Assembly (NCBI GenBank): GCA_042408245.1
Contig: JAYFMV010000019.1
Coordinates: forward strand, 67,511-89,064
DNA: 21,554 bases
Reading direction: 5' to 3'
Source: Potamolinea sp.
Lineage (GTDB): Bacteria; Cyanobacteriota; Cyanobacteriia; Cyanobacteriales; Coleofasciculaceae
Shown here: positions 15,336 through 21,554 of the stretch, piece after piece
How the letters are laid out: every line of letters starts with the position of its first letter
How positions within the stretch are numbered: position 1 is the first letter of the stretch
Program-made: the position numbers and the translations under genes
The notes under the pieces: model-generated
Told to the model about the DNA's origin: nothing
Database searches by the model: none
What the model saw: the letters and a program-made list of their open reading frames with translations, nothing else

Positions 15336-15435
15336 AGCGTCACGAAAGGTAATTGGTAGTTAAGTTGTACTCATCAGCCATTACTTATTACCCATTACCC
15401 ACTCTTCAACAACGAAGCCAAAGGACTTAATATAA

Positions 15436-16251
15436 CTATTCTTTGCCTACCAGTTTAACCTTCTGTGCCAGACCAAACATTTGGAGGAACTGAATAGTCA
15501 TCCAAGTCATATCAATTTCCCACCATTTCATACCGTGACGAGCGGAATATTGGTAAGCGTGATGATTGTTGTGCCAGCCTTCACCGTAGGTAACCAAAGC
15601 CACCCACCAGCAGTTTTTTGAGCAGTCATTAGACTCAAAAGTACGATAGCCAAATTTGTGAGTAGCACTGTTAACAAACCAAGTGCAGTGAAACACAAAA
15701 ATTAGCCGAACAAAAATTCCCCAAACAACAAAAGACCAGCCGCCTAAAGCATAAAGCAACAGTCCCAAGACAGTTTGGAGAGGAATAAAATATTTATCTA
15801 AAAACTGATAGACCGGATCTTCAGCAATGTCTTTCGTAAAGCGAGGAACTTCGTCTTTGGCCGGAGTCTGATAAAACATCCAGCCCATGTGACTCCACCA
15901 AAAGCCCTTATTGGAGTCATGAGGATCGAGGCCGGAGTCGGAGTGTAAATGATGGATGCGGTGTAGCCCAACCCAATCAATTACTCCTCCTTGACAGGAA
16001 AGGGTGCCACAGAAAACTAGGAAATATTCCAGCCACTTGGGGGTCTGAAAACTACGGTGAGTCACCAAGCGATGCCATCCCAAGGTGATACCCAAGCCAC
16101 CTGTTACCCAGTGGAGGAAAAGCGCTAAGCCCACTGCTGTCCAGCTAAAGTTGCCGGGGAGCAAAGCAAAAAGCGCTGCGATGTGAATTAGGGCCATGTA
16201 GATAATGATGACCCAATCCAAGCGGAGATTATTTGAGGTGGCAATTGTCAT
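15436..16251 (-). CDS. desC: Acyl-lipid delta-9 fatty-acid desaturase
   Basis: 271 aa with the three histidine boxes HRLVTHRSF, HRIHHLHSD and HNNHHAYQY. Four predicted transmembrane segments. Typical cyanobacterial DesC layout. Confidence 0.9.
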   Translation of the reverse strand: MTIATSNNLRLDWVIIIYMALIHIAALFALLPGNFSWTAVGLALFLHWVTGGLGITLGWHRLVTHRSFQTPKWLEYFLVFCGTLSCQGGVIDWVGLHRIHHLHSDSGLDPHDSNKGFWWSHMGWMFYQTPAKDEVPRFTKDIAEDPVYQFLDKYFIPLQTVLGLLLYALGGWSFVVWGIFVRLIFVFHCTWFVNSATHKFGYRTFESNDCSKNCWWVALVTYGEGWHNNHHAYQYSARHGMKWWEIDMTWMTIQFLQMFGLAQKVKLVGKE

Positions 16252-16420
16252 GAACTAACCTTCAATGCGAAAATACCTCGTGCCAGTTTATCGGAATTTT
16301 GAGGCTGGAATTACAGAGCTACTATTGGTTTTGACTGAGACCAACGCTAACTTCTATAGGGAAGCAGAGACTCTCTAATTTTAACAACTATTAACATTCT
16401 TTAACAGAATCTAACTCTTA

Positions 16421-17650
16421 ATGAATAGCTCAGAACATCTACAAGCCGCAGAAAAATCACTATCCCAGATTTTTTCCGGAATTGATACCAAAGTCAAGCA
16501 AAATCTTTCAAAAGTACTGAAGGCGTTTCGCCGACACCGGGTTGGCGTTCATCACTTTGCTGGTGTCAGCGGTTACGGCCACGATGATTTGGGGCGTCAG
16601 ACCTTGGATCAAGTGTTTGCTGAAGTGATGGATGCCGAAGCTGCTGCTGTCCGAGTACAGTTTGTTTCGGGAACTCATGCGATCGCCTGTTGCCTATTTG
16701 GGGTGCTGCGTCCCGGTGACGAAATGCTAGCGGTTGCGGGGGCTCCTTACGACACCCTAGAAGAAGTCATTGGTTTACGAGGTCAAAATCAAGGCTCTTT
16801 AGCAGATTTTGGCATTAATTACCAGCAGTTAGCTTTAACTAGGGAAGGCACAGTAGATTGGCAAGCCTTGGGACAAGCCATAGGCGATCGCACCCGTTTG
16901 GTATTGATTCAGCGCTCCTGTGGCTATTCCTGGCGAGAAAGCCTTTCCATTACCGATATTGAAAAAATTGTTCAGCTAGTCAAGCAACAAAATCCCGACA
17001 CTATCTGTTTTGTCGATAACTGTTACGGCGAATTTATCGAAGACCGAGAACCACCAGCAGTAGGTGCTGACCTAATCGCTGGTTCCCTAATCAAAAATCC
17101 TGGGGGTACAATCGTCACCGCTGGCGGTTATGTAGCTGGTCGGGCTGATTTAGTAGAAGCAGCTAGTTGCCGTCTCACAGCCCCTGGAATTGGCAGTTCT
17201 GGTGGTGCTACCTTCGAGCAGAATCGGCTGTTGTTTCAAGGGTTGTTTCTTGCGCCACAAATGGTGGGAGAAGCGCTCAAAGGCAATCACTTAACTGCAT
17301 ATGTATTCCAGCAGTTGGGTTATCCTGTTAAACCTGAGCCGATGGCGCCGCGTCGCGATGTCATTCAAGCAATCCAGTTTGGTTCCCCAGAGAAGCTAAT
17401 TGCCTTTTGTCGAGCAATTCAGCAAAACTCGCCCATCGGTTCTTATCTCGATCCGGTCCCAGCAGAAATGCCTGGTTATGAGAGTCTGTTGGTCATGGCC
17501 GGAGGTACCTTTATTGACGGTAGCACCTCCGAATTTTCAGCAGATGGGCCTCTACGGGAACCATATGTGGCATTTTGTCAAGGGGGTACACACTGGACTC
17601 ATGTAGCGATCGCCCTTGAAGCTGCGATCGAAGCAGTTGGTCTAGCCTAA
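16421..17650 (+). CDS. PLP-dependent enzyme of the aluminium-resistance / YnbB family (Cys/Met-metabolism PLP fold)
   Basis: 409 aa. Gly-rich motifs (GVSGYGHDD, AGAPYDT) and the overall pattern recall the YnbB family, members of which often sit upstream of acpP-fabF in cyanobacteria. Assigned from memory of the family, not from a search. Confidence 0.55.
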   Translation: MNSSEHLQAAEKSLSQIFSGIDTKVKQNLSKVLKAFRRHRVGVHHFAGVSGYGHDDLGRQTLDQVFAEVMDAEAAAVRVQFVSGTHAIACCLFGVLRPGDEMLAVAGAPYDTLEEVIGLRGQNQGSLADFGINYQQLALTREGTVDWQALGQAIGDRTRLVLIQRSCGYSWRESLSITDIEKIVQLVKQQNPDTICFVDNCYGEFIEDREPPAVGADLIAGSLIKNPGGTIVTAGGYVAGRADLVEAASCRLTAPGIGSSGGATFEQNRLLFQGLFLAPQMVGEALKGNHLTAYVFQQLGYPVKPEPMAPRRDVIQAIQFGSPEKLIAFCRAIQQNSPIGSYLDPVPAEMPGYESLLVMAGGTFIDGSTSEFSADGPLREPYVAFCQGGTHWTHVAIALEAAIEAVGLA

Positions 17651-17856
17651 GAGATGGGCTGGCGAGCAAGAAAAGCCCAGTAAATACTGGCAAGAAAACT
17701 CAGGACTTAGGACTGAACACTCAGCATTCAGAAGTGCCAGTTTCAGAAGCGGCCAGAAGATATTTTTGATGATACCTCTTTCCGATAAGATGAAAAAATG
17801 CTTAAAAACAGCTAAGACTGCTACAAAAATTTGAGCAACTAGATTGAGGGAAATTT

Positions 17857-18108
17857 ATGAACCAAGAGATTTTCGACAAAGTTAAGAAAATAGTTGTGGA
17901 GCAACTGGAAATTGAAGATCCTAATACGGTAAAGCCTGAAGCTAGCTTTGCCGATGATCTACAGGCAGACTCCCTGGATACAGTAGAACTGGTGATGGCC
18001 TTGGAAGAAGAATTTGATATCGAAATTCCTGACGAAGCGGCGGAACAGATTACCACCGTCCAAGCGGCTGTAGACTATATCAGTAAAAAAGTAGAAACTC
18101 CTGCTTAA
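17857..18108 (+). CDS. acpP: Acyl carrier protein
   Basis: 83 aa. The phosphopantetheine site sits in [31 protein letters not shown]-like GAGGGA sits 8 nt upstream. Confidence 0.95.
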   Translation: MNQEIFDKVKKIVVEQLEIEDPNTVKPEASFADDLQADSLDTVELVMALEEEFDIEIPDEAAEQITTVQAAVDYISKKVETPA

Positions 18109-18174
18109 AAAAAGCCCCGGTCTTGTTCCGGAAGTTCTGCGTTCTGGGTGTGTAAGCCCTGTTGTACTGCCATC

Positions 18175-19431
18175 ATGACAAAATTTGAACAAAAACGAGT
18201 TGTTGTTACAGGTCTCGGCGCGATCACACCGATAGGCAACACTCTAGCTGAGTATTGGGAAGGGTTATTGAGCGGGCGCAACGGTATTGGTCCGATTACC
18301 TTGTTTGACCCATCCAAACACGATTGCCGCTTTGCTGGTGAGGTTAAAGGCTTTGACCCCCACAAATACATGGAGCGTAAGGAAGCAAAGCGTATGGATC
18401 GCTTTGCCCAATTTGGGGTATCAGCAAGCAAGCAGGCTCTAGCTGATGCGCAGTTTGTGATCAATGACCTGAACGCAGAACAGGTAGGCGTAATCATTGG
18501 TACTGGTATCGGTGGACTGAAAGTATTAGAAGACCAGCAAGAAATCTACTTAAATCGTGGTCCAGATCGCTGTAGTCCGTTTATGATTCCGATGATGATT
18601 GCCAACATGGCAGCAGGTCTAACGGCGATTCATACGGGTGCAAAGGGGCCAAATAACTGTACTGTTACTGCTTGTGCTGCGGGTTCTAATGCGATCGGCG
18701 ATGCTTTTCGCTTGGTACAGCGAGGCTATGCTCAGGCAATGATTTGTGGAGGGACAGAAGCCGCTGTTACACCCCTATCTTTGGCTGGTTTTGCAGCTTG
18801 TAAGGCGCTTTCCACTCGCAATGATGACCCACTCCATGCTAGCCGTCCCTTTGACCTGAATCGCGATGGCTTTGTCATGGGCGAAGGTGCTGGGATTTTG
18901 CTCTTGGAAGAATTGGAACATGCCCTCAGTCGTGATGCCAAGATTTATGCCGAAATTGTCGGTTACGGTATGACCTGCGATGCCTATCACATTACCTCAC
19001 CTGTTCCAGGTGGAGAAGGTGCTGCCAGGGCAATACAATTGGCGATGAAAGATGCTGGGATTACTCCAGATCAGGTGAGCTATATCAATGCCCACGGTAC
19101 CAGTACTCCGGCCAACGACTCGACGGAAACGGCAGCTATTAAAAAAGCTTTAGGTGAGCATGCTTACAAGTTAGCAGTTAGCTCTACTAAATCAATGACC
19201 GGTCATCTCTTGGGGGGTTCTGGTGGTATTGAAGCAGTCGCAACTGTAATGGCCGTGGCAAACGATAAAGTACTACCGACAATTAATTTGGTAAACCCAG
19301 ACCCCGCTTGCGATTTGGATTACGTGCCTAACAACAGCCGTGATCAGACTGTAGAAGTAGCGCTGTCAAATTCTTTTGGGTTCGGCGGTCACAATGTCAC
19401 GCTAGCATTCAAGAAATACAGGCAGGCTTAA
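18175..19431 (+). CDS. fabF: 3-oxoacyl-ACP synthase II (KAS II)
   Basis: [21 protein letters not shown]. Active-site Cys in [18 protein letters not shown] and NSFGFGGHN motifs. The ATG at 18175 is preferred over the GTG extension at 18148 given by the ORF track. Confidence 0.9.
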   Translation: MTKFEQKRVVVTGLGAITPIGNTLAEYWEGLLSGRNGIGPITLFDPSKHDCRFAGEVKGFDPHKYMERKEAKRMDRFAQFGVSASKQALADAQFVINDLNAEQVGVIIGTGIGGLKVLEDQQEIYLNRGPDRCSPFMIPMMIANMAAGLTAIHTGAKGPNNCTVTACAAGSNAIGDAFRLVQRGYAQAMICGGTEAAVTPLSLAGFAACKALSTRNDDPLHASRPFDLNRDGFVMGEGAGILLLEELEHALSRDAKIYAEIVGYGMTCDAYHITSPVPGGEGAARAIQLAMKDAGITPDQVSYINAHGTSTPANDSTETAAIKKALGEHAYKLAVSSTKSMTGHLLGGSGGIEAVATVMAVANDKVLPTINLVNPDPACDLDYVPNNSRDQTVEVALSNSFGFGGHNVTLAFKKYRQA

Positions 19432-19464
19432 GTGACTTACCACTGCTGAAATCAGAGGCATAAA

Positions 19465-19497
19465 GGATGAAAGTTTTTCATACTTCATCCTTATTTT
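19465..19497 (+). terminator. Possible intrinsic terminator after fabF
   Basis: GGATGAA ...12-nt loop... TTCATCC followed by TTATTTTC. The stem is AT-rich, so this is a weak call. Confidence 0.35.
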
Positions 19498-19637
19498 CAC
19501 ATTGCCAAAGCTTGCCCATCGATCCCCATCGTGGGATGATGGGTGATAGCCTTGGAGTGACCGAGAGCCATTGAGTTTTAACTCACACAAAGTCTTGCGT
19601 TCAACCTTAATTCACGCTTAATCATTAAACAGAAATC

Positions 19638-21554
19638 ATGGCCGTTGCAACCCAATCTCTAGAAGAACTGTGCATTAACTCCATCCGCTTTCTGGCAATT
19701 GATGCTGTAGAAAAGGCGAAATCAGGTCACCCCGGACTGCCAATGGGTGCTGCGCCGATGGCGTTCGTGCTGTGGGATAAGTTTATGCGGTTTAACCCCA
19801 AAAATCCCAAATGGTTTAACCGCGATCGCTTCGTCCTATCGGCTGGACACGGCTCAATGCTACAGTATGCCCTGCTTTATCTTACGGGCTACGATAGCGT
19901 GACGATAGAAGACATCAAGCAGTTCCGTCAGTGGGAATCCAAAACCCCTGGACACCCAGAAAACTTTATGACTGCGGGTGTAGAAGTGACGACAGGCCCA
20001 CTAGGCCAAGGAATTGCCAACGGTGTTGGTTTGGCAATGGCAGAAGCACATCTGGCCGCTAAGTTCAACAAGCCTGATGCCAAGATTGTTGACCATTACA
20101 CCTATGTGATTTTAGGTGACGGTTGTAACATGGAAGGCGTTTCCGGTGAAGCTTGTTCTTTTGCAGGACACTTGGGATTGGGTAAGCTGATTGCCCTCTA
20201 CGACGATAACCATATCTCCATTGACGGTTCTACTGATGTATCCTTCACTGAAGATGTCAGCAAGCGCTTTGAAGCTTATGGTTGGCACGTCCTACATGTC
20301 GAAAACGGTAACACTGACTTAGAGGCGATCGCCAAGGCGATCGAAGAAGCCAAAGCTGTCACCGACAAGCCGACCATGATTAAGGTCACCACCCTCATCG
20401 GTTATGGTTCCCCCAACAAACAAAACACCGCTGGTATTCACGGTGCTGCATTGGGTACCGACGAAGTGAAACTCACCCGCGATAACCTGGGTTGGGAATA
20501 TGAGCCTTTTGTAGTTCCTCAAGATGCTCTCAACCACATGGGTAAAGCAGTTGAGCGCGGCGCTAGCTACGAATCTGAGTGGAATAAGACATTTGCCGAC
20601 TACAAAGCTAAATATGCCCAAGAAGCCGCTGTATTTGAACGTTTACTGAGCGGTCAACTACCCGACGGTTGGGACAAGGTACTACCTTCCTACACCGCTG
20701 AAGATAAAGCTCTTCCTACTCGCAAACACTCAGAAACTTGCCTCAACAAACTTGCAGCAGTTTTACCTGAGTTGATTGGTGGTTCCGCTGACTTGACTCA
20801 TTCTAACTTGACAGAAATCAAGGGTGAAGGCGACTTCCAAAAAGGACATTACCAAAACCGCAACGTCCACTTTGGTGTGCGGGAACATGGTATGGGCGCC
20901 ATTTGTAACGGTATGTCGCTGCACGGTTCGGGATTAATTCCCTACGGTGCGACTTTCCTGATCTTCACAGATTATATGCGTGCCGCCATCCGCTTGTCTG
21001 CCCTGTCTCAAGTTGGCGCGATTTGGGTGATGACCCACGACTCGATTGGACAAGGGGAAGATGGCCCCACCCACCAACCAGTGGAAACTCTGGCTTCTCT
21101 GCGAGCTATCCCTAACTTATCAGTATTTCGCCCCGCTGACGGTACTGAATGTTCTGGTGCTTACAAAGTGGCGATTGAAAGAGCGAAGCAACATGCTCCT
21201 AGCTTATTGGCTTTCTCTCGTCAAAATCTCCCCAGTTTAGCTGGTACTTCGATGGAAGGTGTGGCTAAGGGAGCATACGCAGTCGTAGATTGTCAAGGGA
21301 CACCTGACATCATCCTGATTGGTACTGGTTCAGAATTGAACCTCTGCGTCAGCGCAGCCGAGAAACTGACTAGCGAAGGGAAGAAGGTTCGCGTAGTTTC
21401 AATGCCGGCTTGGGATTTGTTTGAAGCACAAGATGCGGCTTATAAAGAGTCTATCTTGCCGAAAGCTGTTACTAAGCGTTTGGCTGTAGAAGCTGCTGTT
21501 AGCTTTGGCTGGCATAAGTATGTAGGCAATGAAGGCGATACTGTTTGTATCGAC
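19638..21554 (+). CDS. tkt: Transketolase, N-terminal 639 codons; the 3' end lies beyond the window
   Basis: The open frame from the ATG at 19638 to the window end has no stop; it is absent from the ORF track for that reason. [46 protein letters not shown]. Thiamine-diphosphate motif [23 protein letters not shown]...[16 protein letters not shown]. Confidence 0.9.
   Translation, partial: MAVATQSLEELCINSIRFLAIDAVEKAKSGHPGLPMGAAPMAFVLWDKFMRFNPKNPKWFNRDRFVLSAGHGSMLQYALLYLTGYDSVTIEDIKQFRQWESKTPGHPENFMTAGVEVTTGPLGQGIANGVGLAMAEAHLAAKFNKPDAKIVDHYTYVILGDGCNMEGVSGEACSFAGHLGLGKLIALYDDNHISIDGSTDVSFTEDVSKRFEAYGWHVLHVENGNTDLEAIAKAIEEAKAVTDKPTMIKVTTLIGYGSPNKQNTAGIHGAALGTDEVKLTRDNLGWEYEPFVVPQDALNHMGKAVERGASYESEWNKTFADYKAKYAQEAAVFERLLSGQLPDGWDKVLPSYTAEDKALPTRKHSETCLNKLAAVLPELIGGSADLTHSNLTEIKGEGDFQKGHYQNRNVHFGVREHGMGAICNGMSLHGSGLIPYGATFLIFTDYMRAAIRLSALSQVGAIWVMTHDSIGQGEDGPTHQPVETLASLRAIPNLSVFRPADGTECSGAYKVAIERAKQHAPSLLAFSRQNLPSLAGTSMEGVAKGAYAVVDCQGTPDIILIGTGSELNLCVSAAEKLTSEGKKVRVVSMPAWDLFEAQDAAYKESILPKAVTKRLAVEAAVSFGWHKYVGNEGDTVCID

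Noticed and set aside
18148-18174. GTG start for fabF given by the ORF track (MCKPCCTAI...)
   Set aside because: The in-frame ATG at 18175 gives the canonical FabF N-terminus [15 protein letters not shown]. The extension is Cys-rich and non-homologous.
17959-18497. 77-aa and 130-aa minus-strand ORFs overlapping acpP and fabF
   Set aside because: Antisense to two highly conserved genes and with no motifs. These are antisense artefacts.
20319-21240. ORF-track entries 20319-20621(-) and 21046-21240(+)
   Set aside because: Both lie inside the transketolase reading frame, which is open from 19638 to the window end and strongly homologous throughout.

Overview
This looks like a chromosomal segment from a filamentous cyanobacterium. 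Ordinary housekeeping genes are interrupted by four small IS200/IS605-type (OMEGA-type) insertions. Housekeeping genes, left to right: a 5' fragment of acs with an apparent frameshift; a Ser/Thr kinase-like gene whose product looks like a pseudokinase; a large DHH phosphoesterase/CBS/CCA-type nucleotidyltransferase fusion gene; psbZ; ribH; tRNA-Gly(GCC); a zinc-ribbon membrane protein gene followed closely by a proA paralog; desC; a PLP-dependent 'aluminium-resistance family' gene; acpP and fabF; and the 5' 96% of tkt. The mobile layer consists of four elements. (1) A compact tnpA-less element at about 1855-3292 encodes an IsrB-like (HNH-less IscB) RuvC nuclease and is bounded by GC-rich hairpins, with room for an upstream omega-RNA. 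(2) A complete IS605-type element at about 6150-8160 has divergent tnpA (Y1/HUH) and a zinc-finger-less tnpB, plus near-identical direct subterminal hairpins. (3) A solo canonical tnpB at 8521-9786 abuts the psbZ stop codon. (4) A second zinc-finger-less tnpB-like gene at 13934-15298 is paired divergently with a 56-aa ribbon-helix-helix ORF that the ORF track missed. Other points of interest are two apparent pseudo-enzymes, a 9-bp in-frame tandem repeat inside a coding gene, and two palindromic repeat elements in the tnpB-ribH spacer. There is no CRISPR array and no rRNA in the window.
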